A stretch of DNA of 64,000 nt, from NCBI GenBank assembly GCA_965261395.1, contig OZ253462.1, forward strand, positions 2,336,001 through 2,400,000, read 5' to 3'. The notes under the pieces are model-generated. The model was not told where the DNA came from. It made no database searches and saw only the letters and a program-made list of their open reading frames with translations. This stretch comes from Candidatus Latescibacterota bacterium (GTDB taxonomy: Bacteria > Latescibacterota > UBA2968 > UBA8231). This document shows positions 36,780-45,907 of the stretch, piece by piece; position 1 is the first letter of the stretch; every line of letters starts with the position of its first letter. Made by a program: the position numbers and the translations under genes.

Positions 36780-39002
36780 TTAAGGATGGTGATCGCGCCC
36801 GGTTCGGCCAGGGGGCGACAAGTCAAAGGCTTGCAGTTCGACGGGAGTTGGAACCGGATCCCCTTCGCGGATTTTATAGGCCCGATCCATGGCTAGGTCG
36901 GTGAAAAGTTGCGTCTCACCAGAAGCCGGCCAGGTGATTGCGACTGACTCGATGGCCGTCGCTTGGCCCAGACCAATTTCCTGCTGTAGGCTCGAACCGC
37001 CAAAACTGGCCCCGGCCGTCACCGCAGCATAGATGTCGCGACGGCCGCTTTTGGTGTGCAGGCCGACTCGAATGCGGGCCCCAATGGCGGCGCGGTTGGA
37101 ATGCACACCTTGTAACTGGAGGGTGAGCCAGTGGTTGCCGTGTCCGGGATTCTCAAAGAGGACATTGTGGGACAGATCCCCAGTATAGGAGCCCCCTATG
37201 ACCGCGTAGATGTCTTGGTCGCCGTCGTTGTCGAGATCGCCAAAGGCCACGCCGTGGCCTTTTTGCAGATGCCCGAACCCGCCCGAGGTGGTAACCTCCT
37301 GGAACAGTTGCCCCCCGGCGTTGCGGAACATGCGATTGGGCATGACCGAGCGGAACGAAGGCGAACCCGTACCCGCATAAAAGTCGGGCCAGCCGTCGTT
37401 GTCGAGGTCGCCGAAATTGCACCCCATAGTGTAGAGCACCTTGTCGAGCCCGACTTGGAAGGTCACATCGGCGAAAGTGCCGTCGCCTTGGTTGCGGTAC
37501 AGGCGGGGGAACTCGGCATCGTGGGGCAGACCGAGGTATTCGGCTGCTAGATCACCGGCATTGGCGTGATACCCGGAGACGAATAGGTCGAGCCAGCCAT
37601 CGTTGTCGTAGTCCCAGAACCAGGCCGGAAAGCTCCAGACGGGTTCGGCTACTCCGGCCTGGGCGGTGGCGTCGGCAAAGGTCCACTGGCCGGATGTATT
37701 TTCGCCCTCGTTCCTGAAGAGGAGATTGGGAGCGGTGAGCCGCGAAATGTACAGATCGAGCCGGCCGTCGTTGTCGTAGTCGCCCCAGACGACGCCCTTG
37801 ACGTAGCCCGAGACAGCGACGCCCGCTTCTTCCGCCACATCGGCGAACGTGCCGTCGCCCTGGTTGTGAAAGAGCTGGCAGGGGTGGATGTTATGGCGGA
37901 AAGATTCGTTGCCAATGTACAGATCGATCCAGCCGTCGTTGTCGTAGTCGCCCCAGGCAGCCGTCTGGGTGGGATAAAAGGCGAGCAAGCCGGCCTCTGC
38001 GGTGACATCGTCAAAAAAGCTGTCGCCGTAGTTGTGCAGCAGCGAATTGGGATGCCGACCGTCTTCTTCCCACCAAGCCCCGCGCAGGACGAGCACATCG
38101 GCAAAGCCGTTGTTGTCATAGTCGGCGTGGACGATTTGCAGCCCGCCGACTACACCGTTCAAGCCGGCCTCTGCGGTGACATCGTCAAAGGTGCCATCGC
38201 CCCGGTTGCGAAAGTAGCGGAGCTGATCGCGGAGACCCCAGGATGAGGCCATGATATCCAGATCGCCGTCGCTGTCAAAGTCCTCGGCAATACTGCCTCC
38301 CGCCAGAGACACCGCGTCTAATCCTAGGTGCGGGGCGACATCGCCAAAGCGCCCGATGTCGCCATCGGAGACAAAGGCCGTTGGCGGAATGAGCCATTGC
38401 GACGGCACGGAGTCGGGATATTCACCGAGGAGCATGTACGCGATGTTGAGGAGCCAGCGGGCTGTCATTTCGCCGGGATCGTCCCGTAGGATGGCGGTGA
38501 ATTCTCCAAGCGCGGCCCGGGCTCCCCTCTGATTGTCGTGTACTCCGGCTTGGCTGATGGGAAAGAGACACGATTCGCTGGTGTGCTGTTGGAGGCAGTT
38601 GTCCTGTTCACCTAAACGGAGATAGGCCAGGGCAAGGAGTTTGTGTACGCTGGGTTTGGTCTTGGTCGCACCGAGTTGTTGTTTTAGGCTCAGGAAGCGG
38701 TCGATGGCTTCTTGGCTTTGGCCGGCGCGCAGGAATTCGCGCGCCAGATGCACCTGTAGGCGCAGTCTGTCAACCGGGTCGGAGGGCAGGTCGAGTTGGC
38801 GCAAGTACTCGACTCTTGCATCATTGATGTAGGTGTTTGTAGCGGGATTGAGATTGCGGGCGATTTCTTTGAGGCGGGCGGCCATGCGCTTTGTGCCGGG
38901 CCCCTGCTGCGGAGGGGAGGACGAGATATTGCAGGCCGCTAGGACTATAGAGATAGAGGCAGCGACAGTGCCGAGGCGTACTTTCACTGGGTGTACATTC
39001 AT
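36780..39002 (-). CDS. CRTAC1-family lipoprotein (FG-GAP repeats + ASPIC/UnbV)
   Basis: Lipobox LAAC, helical N-terminal region, repeated DYDNDGxxDL and NxGDGTFxDV, SNRAAIGAR..GLG..V.I.WP. Confidence 0.9.
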   Translation of the reverse strand: MNVHPVKVRLGTVAASISIVLAACNISSSPPQQGPGTKRMAARLKEIARNLNPATNTYINDARVEYLRQLDLPSDPVDRLRLQVHLAREFLRAGQSQEAIDRFLSLKQQLGATKTKPSVHKLLALAYLRLGEQDNCLQQHTSESCLFPISQAGVHDNQRGARAALGEFTAILRDDPGEMTARWLLNIAYMLLGEYPDSVPSQWLIPPTAFVSDGDIGRFGDVAPHLGLDAVSLAGGSIAEDFDSDGDLDIMASSWGLRDQLRYFRNRGDGTFDDVTAEAGLNGVVGGLQIVHADYDNNGFADVLVLRGAWWEEDGRHPNSLLHNYGDSFFDDVTAEAGLLAFYPTQTAAWGDYDNDGWIDLYIGNESFRHNIHPCQLFHNQGDGTFADVAEEAGVAVSGYVKGVVWGDYDNDGRLDLYISRLTAPNLLFRNEGENTSGQWTFADATAQAGVAEPVWSFPAWFWDYDNDGWLDLFVSGYHANAGDLAAEYLGLPHDAEFPRLYRNQGDGTFADVTFQVGLDKVLYTMGCNFGDLDNDGWPDFYAGTGSPSFRSVMPNRMFRNAGGQLFQEVTTSGGFGHLQKGHGVAFGDLDNDGDQDIYAVIGGSYTGDLSHNVLFENPGHGNHWLTLQLQGVHSNRAAIGARIRVGLHTKSGRRDIYAAVTAGASFGGSSLQQEIGLGQATAIESVAITWPASGETQLFTDLAMDRAYKIREGDPVPTPVELQAFDLSPPGRTGRDHHP

Positions 39003-39015
39003 TTACGAGATATAG

Positions 39016-39888
39016 ATGCTCGCTTTTCGCCTGTCAAGAAGAGTGATTGGCCTCTTGGTCCTGTCGATTTTGGGCGCACTGGCTGGAGCGTTATATTTTT
39101 TTTCGCCCAAAGTGATCGGATACCTCAAAGAGGTGAGGAGGCCCACGGGCCAGGCCATCGCCGTGGAACTACCCGGTGGTGCGACCATGGATATGGTGTG
39201 GATCGGCCGGGGTAGTTTCCTCATGGGCTCCCCCGCCGACGAACCCGGACGAGATCAGAACGAAGGACCGCAGCACCGAGTTACCATCAGCCGGGGCTTC
39301 TACATCGGGAAATACGAGATCACGCAGGCCCAGTGGACCAGCGTCATGCACTCGCGACCGTGGGTGGGAAAGAGCCATGTCGAGGATAATCCGCACCATC
39401 CGGCCGTGTACATCTCATGGGAAGATGTGCGGGAATTCACGCGTCGTCTCAACCGGATGGCCGGGGCGGAAGTGTACCGCCTCCCCACGGCCGCGGAGTG
39501 GGAGTACGCCTGCCGCGCCGGCACTGCGACGCCGTGGTCCTTTGGGGAGGACGATAGCGCCTTGCAAAAGCACGCTTGGTACGCGGACAATACTTGGGCA
39601 GCGGGCGAGCGCTACGGCCATGCGGTGGGCACCAAGCTTTCCAACCCATGGGGCCTGCACGACATGCACGGGAATGTGTGGGAGTGGGTCCAGGACTGGT
39701 ATTCGAGCGAGCCCTACAGCAACGTGCCCGAGGTCGATCCCAAGGGGCCGGCAAAGGGTTTTTTGCGCGTCGGTCGCGGCGGGGCCTTTGGCAATTACGG
39801 GCACGTTTTGCGGTCGGCCAATCGCTCGGGAGGTGACCCGACCAGCCGCAATGCCGGCACCGGAGCCCGATTGGTGCGCCAAGAGTAG
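39016..39888 (+). CDS. Membrane-anchored FGE-sulfatase (SUMF1-like) domain protein
   Basis: N-terminal TM helix, GSFLMGS, GKYEITQAQW, YRLPT.AEWEYACRAG, NPWGLHDMHGNVWEW. The catalytic cysteines of true FGE are absent. Confidence 0.88.
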   Translation: MLAFRLSRRVIGLLVLSILGALAGALYFFSPKVIGYLKEVRRPTGQAIAVELPGGATMDMVWIGRGSFLMGSPADEPGRDQNEGPQHRVTISRGFYIGKYEITQAQWTSVMHSRPWVGKSHVEDNPHHPAVYISWEDVREFTRRLNRMAGAEVYRLPTAAEWEYACRAGTATPWSFGEDDSALQKHAWYADNTWAAGERYGHAVGTKLSNPWGLHDMHGNVWEWVQDWYSSEPYSNVPEVDPKGPAKGFLRVGRGGAFGNYGHVLRSANRSGGDPTSRNAGTGARLVRQE

Positions 39889-39969
39889 CCCTAGTCTATA
39901 TATAGGGGAGGACAAGCCGCTTTTCGCTCCCTTGCGGGTCACAGAGCGAATTTCCTCATAGAGTCCAAG

Positions 39970-41289
39970 GTGAATCCGATGGACAAATCACCCTCTGCTG
40001 AAACCAGTGGCGCACCGGCCCCACAGGTGCCCCGGACTTTTTTTCAGTACCTGCGCTCTTTTGGGCCGGGCATAGTCATCGCAATGACTTGGATGGGTGC
40101 CGGCGACGTGGTCGAGTCGGCCGTGGCCGGTGGCAACTACGGGTACGCGCTGATGTGGGTACTGGCGCTGGCACTGGTAGTGCGCTTTCTGTTCGTATCC
40201 CTGATCGCCAAGTACCAATTGTGCAACCAGCGGGGAGAGGGAGTCTTGGATGGGCTGGGCCGTCTGCATCCTTGGTATCCTCCCTTCCTGGCGCTGATGG
40301 GCTTCGTCATAGGACACATCCAGGGCGCGTACCTCATTGTGGGAATCGGCGAAATTTCGGTCAATGTGACGGGCATCGGGTACGTCTGGCTGTGGGGCCT
40401 GTTCTGGAATTTGGTGACGCTGGCCATTGTTTTCCGCCCGGAGTACGGCCGCCTCGAGTTGCTCTTCAAGATCCTGCTGGGCTTGCTCTCGGTCTCCTTC
40501 CTCGGCGCGGCCCTGTGGGTCGGACCCTCCCCGACCAAAATTTTGCAGGGCGTCTTTGCTTTCGACCTGCCCGAACAGGTGGGTTCCTTTGGCTCGCTCC
40601 TAGTGGCCATTGGGTTGATCGGGACCATCGGCGGATCGCTGGCCAATCTGGTCTATCCCTACTTCTTAGAACAAAAGGGTTGGATCGGGCCTGCGTTCCG
40701 CCGCGTACAGTTCTACGATCTCCTGCTGGGGATCGTCGTCCTAATCGTCCTCGACTTGGCGATTTGGACCCTAGGTGCCGAAGTGCTCCACCCGCGCGGT
40801 TTGACCATCGCAGAGATGGACGATCTGCCCCGACTGCTGAGCACGATCCTCGGAGAGGGTGGCCGTTTATTGTTCTATCTGGGACTCTTTGCCGTCCTGT
40901 ACACGGGCCTAGTGGGGCAGGCCCTTGGTTTTGGTGCCCTGTGCTCCCACGGGTACCAGCGCTGGCGGGCTGGCCCAGAAGTCCAGTTGCAGGCGTACCA
41001 AGCGCATCCGAGCTACCGGTGGGTCGTAGTCTGGTGCCTGATTTCTCCGGTCGTCTGGACTGCGCCCGGTATGCCGGGCTTTGTCGTCATGACCGTCTTC
41101 GCCGCCACCGCCTCAGTGGTATTGATCCCCCTGCTTGTAGGCGGCTTGTGGTGGATTACTGCCAAGGCGGAGTACATCGGCACAGAATACAAGAATCGCC
41201 TGTGGGAGAACGTCCTCATGGGCGCGTTGTTCGCCTTGGGACTGTGGGGGGCCTACGGTTCGGTAAAGTCGATCGCGGAGTCGTTTTGA
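39970..41289 (+). CDS. Nramp-like (APC superfamily) membrane transporter
   Basis: GPGIVIAMTWMGAGD...AGGNYGYALMW, about 11 TM segments. Confidence 0.8.
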   Translation: MNPMDKSPSAETSGAPAPQVPRTFFQYLRSFGPGIVIAMTWMGAGDVVESAVAGGNYGYALMWVLALALVVRFLFVSLIAKYQLCNQRGEGVLDGLGRLHPWYPPFLALMGFVIGHIQGAYLIVGIGEISVNVTGIGYVWLWGLFWNLVTLAIVFRPEYGRLELLFKILLGLLSVSFLGAALWVGPSPTKILQGVFAFDLPEQVGSFGSLLVAIGLIGTIGGSLANLVYPYFLEQKGWIGPAFRRVQFYDLLLGIVVLIVLDLAIWTLGAEVLHPRGLTIAEMDDLPRLLSTILGEGGRLLFYLGLFAVLYTGLVGQALGFGALCSHGYQRWRAGPEVQLQAYQAHPSYRWVVVWCLISPVVWTAPGMPGFVVMTVFAATASVVLIPLLVGGLWWITAKAEYIGTEYKNRLWENVLMGALFALGLWGAYGSVKSIAESF

Positions 41290-41299
41290 TGCCCGGGCG

Positions 41300-43126
41300 A
41301 TGAGCGGAAACGCGGCGACCACAAAGCCTATTATGAAACCGCTTTTAGTTGGTCTTTGCCTGTACCTAGGGTGCGATACAGCCCCGCCGCCCGTGCGCTT
41401 TAGGGATGTCACGGCCCAGGCCGGGATCGACTTTGTCCACGTTGATGGTGCCTCAGGGGCGTATTTCTTGATAGAGACGTACGGCGCTGGCGGAGGATTC
41501 TTCGACAGCGATGGCGACGGCGATTTGGATATCTACCTCGTCAATGGCTTTGATCTGGGCGATATCCAAACTACGCCCGTCAATCTCGACCACCGGCGGG
41601 GAGGGACCTATTGGGTTGAGCGGCCGGACCAAGTGAGGTCTGCAGAGCCGGGAGCCGTCGACATCGACTTCTCAATCCTAGCCGAGGCCAGCGGCCGGCG
41701 CGCTGCCAACGTATTGTACCGCAACAATGGCGACGGCTCGTTCTCCGACATCAGCCGGGAATCCGGGGTTGACGATACGGGCTATGGCATGGGCTGCGCG
41801 GCAGCCGACTACGACAACGACGGCGATCAGGATCTATACGTGACTAACTACGGTCCCAATGTCCTGTACCGCAACGAGGGGGACGGCACCTTCACCAATG
41901 TGACGGATCGGGCCGGGGTAGCGGCCCCGCAGTGGAGTTCGAGCGCGGCCTTTTTCGACTACGACGGCGACGGACACCTCGACCTGTACGTGGTCAACAA
42001 CGTCGATTTCACGTTCGCCACCAACAAAGTGTGCGGCGGCTTTGTGGGCACTACTCCTTTGGGGCTGCTGGCCATTACCGAGCGCACCCGATCTTATTGT
42101 GCGCCTTCCGACTATGGAGGCGTACCCGACGCGCTGTATCGCAACGACGGCGACGGCACCTTTACCGACATATCCGCCAAAACCGGCATTGCGGATTTGG
42201 CCGGCAAGGGTCTGGGCGTGGTGGCTTGGGACTTTGATGGCGACGGCGACCAGGACGTATTTGTCGCCAACGACGGCATGGAGAACTATCTGTATCGCAA
42301 CGATGGCGACGGCACCTTTACCGACGTCGCGCTGCAGGTAGGCGCGGCCTTTAACGCCGACGGCGACGACGAAGCCTGCATGGGGGTGGACTTTGGCGAC
42401 TACGACAACGACGGCGACTTCGATCTCTTTGTCACCAACTTCTCCCACGAGACCAACACGCTCTACCGCAACGAGGGCGGGCGCTTCAAAGATGTGACAG
42501 ACGCCGTTGGCTTGGGGCGGCCGAGTTGGCGCTTTTTGGGCTTTGGCACAAATTTCCTCGACTACGACAACGATGGCGACCTCGACCTGTACGTGGCCAA
42601 TGGCCATGTCCTCGACAAGATCGCCCTGTTCCAGTCCGGCGTGGAATACGCCCAAGAGCACCAGCTCTTTTGCAACGACGGAACGGGCCGCTTCGCCTTG
42701 GCGGACACCAACTCGGGCGCTTGGTTCGCCGTCGCACAGGTCGGTCGGGGCACGGCCTTTGGCGACTACGACGGGGATGGGGATATCGATATCTTGGCTA
42801 CCAATGGCGGCGGTGCGGCCAAACTGGTCCGCAATGAGGGAGGCAACGTGCACAACTGGTTGATGGTGCGGACCGAGGGCACCCACAGCAATCGGGACGG
42901 CGTGGGTGCCGAGGTGAAAGTGGTCGCCGGCGATCTGGTCCAGGTGCGGCAGGTGCGCAGCGGCTCCAGCTATCTGTCGATCAGCGATCCGCGACTGCAC
43001 TTCGGGCTGGGCACCAAGAAGCGCGTCGATTTGGTCGAAGTGCACTGGACCAGTGGAATGATCCAGCGAATCGAGGATATCCCCGTCAATCAAGTTCTGT
43101 CGATCAAAGAGAGGCGGGGGCTTTGA
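41300..43126 (+). CDS. CRTAC1-family lipoprotein (FG-GAP repeats + ASPIC/UnbV)
   Basis: Lipobox LGC (start may be ATG 41333), FRDVTAQAGIDF, repeated DYDNDGDxDL, SNRDGVGA, GSSYLS..LHFGLG. Confidence 0.9.
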   Translation: MSGNAATTKPIMKPLLVGLCLYLGCDTAPPPVRFRDVTAQAGIDFVHVDGASGAYFLIETYGAGGGFFDSDGDGDLDIYLVNGFDLGDIQTTPVNLDHRRGGTYWVERPDQVRSAEPGAVDIDFSILAEASGRRAANVLYRNNGDGSFSDISRESGVDDTGYGMGCAAADYDNDGDQDLYVTNYGPNVLYRNEGDGTFTNVTDRAGVAAPQWSSSAAFFDYDGDGHLDLYVVNNVDFTFATNKVCGGFVGTTPLGLLAITERTRSYCAPSDYGGVPDALYRNDGDGTFTDISAKTGIADLAGKGLGVVAWDFDGDGDQDVFVANDGMENYLYRNDGDGTFTDVALQVGAAFNADGDDEACMGVDFGDYDNDGDFDLFVTNFSHETNTLYRNEGGRFKDVTDAVGLGRPSWRFLGFGTNFLDYDNDGDLDLYVANGHVLDKIALFQSGVEYAQEHQLFCNDGTGRFALADTNSGAWFAVAQVGRGTAFGDYDGDGDIDILATNGGGAAKLVRNEGGNVHNWLMVRTEGTHSNRDGVGAEVKVVAGDLVQVRQVRSGSSYLSISDPRLHFGLGTKKRVDLVEVHWTSGMIQRIEDIPVNQVLSIKERRGL

Positions 43127-45090
43127 ATACAGCGGCCCAGGGACGAATGCAGACACAACCTCAATCCTCGGGTTTGACGGTGAAGGCTGTGATTTGGGGG
43201 TGCGCATTGTCGCTGGCCACCAGCGTGGGGGCCTTGTACAGTACCTTCATCAACGCCTCGTGGATGGCTCTTAACATCAGTGCGCCCATTGCCTTGTTCG
43301 TCTTTTTCCTCTTTGCAGCCTTCCTCCACCCCTTGCTCTCCCGACTTTACCACCGGCTGGGTTTAAGCCGAGCAGAGCTAGGGGTGGTATTCATCATGAC
43401 GATGATGGCGGCCACCGTGCCGACGGAAGGGTACGTCGAGCACATGGTCCCCAAGATCGCCAGCGTGTTGTACTACGCCACGCCAGAAAACGAGTGGGCC
43501 GAGCTGATCCATCCGCACCTCAAAGAGTGGATCGCGCCCCAGGACGAGGAGGCCGTGCGCCATTTTTTTGAGGGCCTGCCGCTGGGCGAGCCCATTCCCT
43601 GGGGGGTATGGATACAACCGCTGGGTTATTGGGGGTTTTTCTTTTTGGTGCTGTGTTTCGTGATGCTGTGCATGATGGTGGTGTTGCGCCGGCAGTGGGT
43701 CGAGCACGAACGCTTGGTCTATCCGCTGGTGAAACTGCCGTTGGAGATGCTTGCGGAGGGGGAGGATAAAAGATTTTTTGGGCCTTTTTTTCGGCGTCCG
43801 CTGATGTGGCTGGGTTTTTCGCTGCCGTTCGTCGTTTTGAGCCTGAACGCCCTACATAGCTACTACAATTACATTCCCTCAATCGCCTTGGAGACCAGTC
43901 TGCCTCTCTTTCGCAATACCTTAGTCTTACCCATCGGCCTCAGTTTTATGAGCCTGGGCTTCGCCTATTTCGTCAATTTACAGGTACTCCTCGGAATCTG
44001 GTTTTTCTTTTTGCTGCTGACGGTGCAGCAGGGCGTTTTTGGGATTCTGGGAATTGCTATGACCGAGCGGCTGACCGGCTATAGCACGTCGAGCGCGATC
44101 CCGGCGCACGAGGGCATGGGGGCACTGATCGCCTTTGTGCTCTTCAGCCTGTGGGTGGCCCGAGACCATTTGCAGGCCGTGTGTCGCAAGGCCTTTCGGG
44201 GCGATCCAACCGTGGACGACTCCGCGGAGATGCTCTCGTATCGCACGGCCGTGTTCGGCATTCTGTTCGGTATGGCAGTGCTGGGCGTGTGGCTCGAGCA
44301 ATCCGGGCTGCCGGGCTGGCTGGTATTTTGGTTTTTATTTGTGGCCTTCGTGCTCTTTGTGGGATTAACTCGCTTTGTCGCCGAAGCCGGTTTAGCGACC
44401 ATTCGCGCCCCCATTTATCCCCAGCCGCTCATGACTTCAACTGTGGGGACCACGGCGATTGGGTCGGAGGGTTTAGTCGCCTTGGGAATGACGTACGGCT
44501 GGATTTTGAAGGTGCGCATATTCGCCATGGCTGCGTGCGCCAATGTGCTGAAGATCGACGGAGAAATCCACGGTGGGGGACTGGATCGGCGTCGGCTATT
44601 TTGGGCTTTGGCTCTGGCGTTGGTGGTCAGTCTACTGGCATCGAACTGGTTTTTATTGCACCAAGCCTACACCTACGGCGGCATCAACCTCAATCAGTAC
44701 TTTTTTGTGCGGGCCCAAAATCCCTTCGGGGACGTGGCCGGCTGGATCGACAATCCGACGGCCGTGAACTGGGAAGGGTGGTTTTACATACTGGTGGGCG
44801 CGATAGTCATGGTGGCGCTAATGGTGGCGCGGCACTTCTTGTTGTGGTGGCCGCTGCACCCGGTCGGCTTGCCCATTGCCACGACGGCCGTGGCCAGCCA
44901 GATCTGGTTGAGTATTTTCTTGGTGTGGGCACTCAAGAATTTGGTGTTGAAGTACGGGGGGCCGAGTCTGTACCAGCGGCTCCAGCCGTTTTTCCTAGGG
45001 TTGATCTTGGGCAATGTAACTGCGGGTGGGCTCTGGTTTGCGATTGATGGCATCACCGGCATGCAGGGCAATATTCTGGTCTATTATTGA
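43123..45090 (+). CDS. DUF6785/DUF6784-like putative transporter, paralog 2
   Basis: Colinear with 32793-34754, with long identical blocks (MMAATVPTEGYVEHMVPKIASV; HQAYTYGGINLNQYFFV). Start may be ATG 43147. Confidence 0.8.
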   Translation: MNTAAQGRMQTQPQSSGLTVKAVIWGCALSLATSVGALYSTFINASWMALNISAPIALFVFFLFAAFLHPLLSRLYHRLGLSRAELGVVFIMTMMAATVPTEGYVEHMVPKIASVLYYATPENEWAELIHPHLKEWIAPQDEEAVRHFFEGLPLGEPIPWGVWIQPLGYWGFFFLVLCFVMLCMMVVLRRQWVEHERLVYPLVKLPLEMLAEGEDKRFFGPFFRRPLMWLGFSLPFVVLSLNALHSYYNYIPSIALETSLPLFRNTLVLPIGLSFMSLGFAYFVNLQVLLGIWFFFLLLTVQQGVFGILGIAMTERLTGYSTSSAIPAHEGMGALIAFVLFSLWVARDHLQAVCRKAFRGDPTVDDSAEMLSYRTAVFGILFGMAVLGVWLEQSGLPGWLVFWFLFVAFVLFVGLTRFVAEAGLATIRAPIYPQPLMTSTVGTTAIGSEGLVALGMTYGWILKVRIFAMAACANVLKIDGEIHGGGLDRRRLFWALALALVVSLLASNWFLLHQAYTYGGINLNQYFFVRAQNPFGDVAGWIDNPTAVNWEGWFYILVGAIVMVALMVARHFLLWWPLHPVGLPIATTAVASQIWLSIFLVWALKNLVLKYGGPSLYQRLQPFFLGLILGNVTAGGLWFAIDGITGMQGNILVYY

Positions 45091-45130
45091 ATGCCGTTTA
45101 GGGAGTCCGGGGCGCGCTACCACAAATGTT

Positions 45131-45182
45131 CGGGGGCCATCCGCAGGCTGTTGCAAGCCTTACCGGATGGCCCCCGTTTCTT
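45131..45182 (+). terminator. Rho-independent terminator candidate
   Basis: Perfect 13-bp stem CGGGGGCCATCCG / CGGATGGCCCCCG followed by TTTCTT, between convergent genes. Confidence 0.7.
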
Positions 45183-45224
45183 ATCGCTCTGTGTCGTTAA
45201 GTGCGTTTGGTGCCGCGATCGCGT

Positions 45225-45794
45225 TTAAAAACGATTTTTGAGCTGTCCCCAGGATTGTCCTGCAACTGCTGTAGAAGCGGGTTCCGGATAGAAGCCAGAT
45301 CCCAAGAGGAAATCTTGGCCGAGAGCGCTATAGGGAATGGCGTAGCTCACTTTAGGCGAGCCAGTTTCTTCGTCCCTTTCTACCGCTGGATTGTCCCAAA
45401 GATACTCGACGTAGCCGCCTCCTTCGGCCGCCGCTGCGATGAGCCCCTGTGTGATTTTGACTCCGTTAGAGTCTTCGAGATCAATCAAGTTTTGGCCCTC
45501 GAGGGCTGGATTAGCCGCGTGAAAGACTACGATACCATCAATGGCAATAACAAAGAGGTAGATGGATCCCTGCTTCCAAGTACCTTCGGCTCTGAATTCC
45601 CCCAAGAGAGCTATGTACTGGGGAAGGGTCGTAGCTTTATTCGCGTAGTCCTTTGCCGCGAGTACAAAGGCCTTCAGGGTTTCCCGGTCCACCACATCAG
45701 CGGCTGTTACCTCGGGGTCTTGGGCGACGGCGGGATGCACGGCGGGCAAGAGGGTGGCCAGCGCCAGCATGAGTACTGCTGTTAGACGCTTCAT
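45225..45794 (-). CDS. Secreted stand-alone single Cache-domain protein with C-terminal TAVAGQSWGQLK motif, copy 1
   Basis: Signal peptide ending AVA-Q, IYLFV..DG.V.FH..NP.LEGQNL.DLED.NG...GGGYVEYLW..P...K.SY. Confidence 0.85.
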   Translation of the reverse strand: MKRLTAVLMLALATLLPAVHPAVAQDPEVTAADVVDRETLKAFVLAAKDYANKATTLPQYIALLGEFRAEGTWKQGSIYLFVIAIDGIVVFHAANPALEGQNLIDLEDSNGVKITQGLIAAAAEGGGYVEYLWDNPAVERDEETGSPKVSYAIPYSALGQDFLLGSGFYPEPASTAVAGQSWGQLKNRF

Positions 45795-45834
45795 GATGAT
45801 CTCCTTTCTTATTTAAGTATGAATGACATGGGAT

Positions 45835-45863
45835 AAGATACGCCCGACTCTGCAAAAAATCTA
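45835..45863 (-). promoter_or_regulatory. Putative sigma70-type promoter of Cache copy 1
   Basis: Minus strand TAGATT-17nt-TATCTT. The same boxes and spacing occur upstream of copy 2. Confidence 0.45.
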
Positions 45864-45907
45864 TCAGCCAAGCCCACCTGCAAAAGCGCGTGTTCCCCCC
45901 AATGCGG

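Noticed and set aside
39760-39888. FGE-domain C-terminus as a diversity-generating retroelement variable region
   Set aside because: No template repeat copy or reverse transcriptase in the window.
39016-39888. Sulfatase-maturating FGE for the 16703 sulfatase
   Set aside because: It lacks the catalytic cysteine motif after RGG and is membrane-anchored.
37200-42800. Recurrent GACTACGACAACGACGGC-like DNA repeats as a CRISPR array
   Set aside because: They are coding FG-GAP repeats (DYDNDG), degenerate and irregularly spaced, with no cas genes.
33473-43207. Long alternative-frame ORFs (33473-34630, 40089-41303, 41834-43207)
   Set aside because: Arg/Gly/Pro-rich or antisense shadows of well-supported genes.
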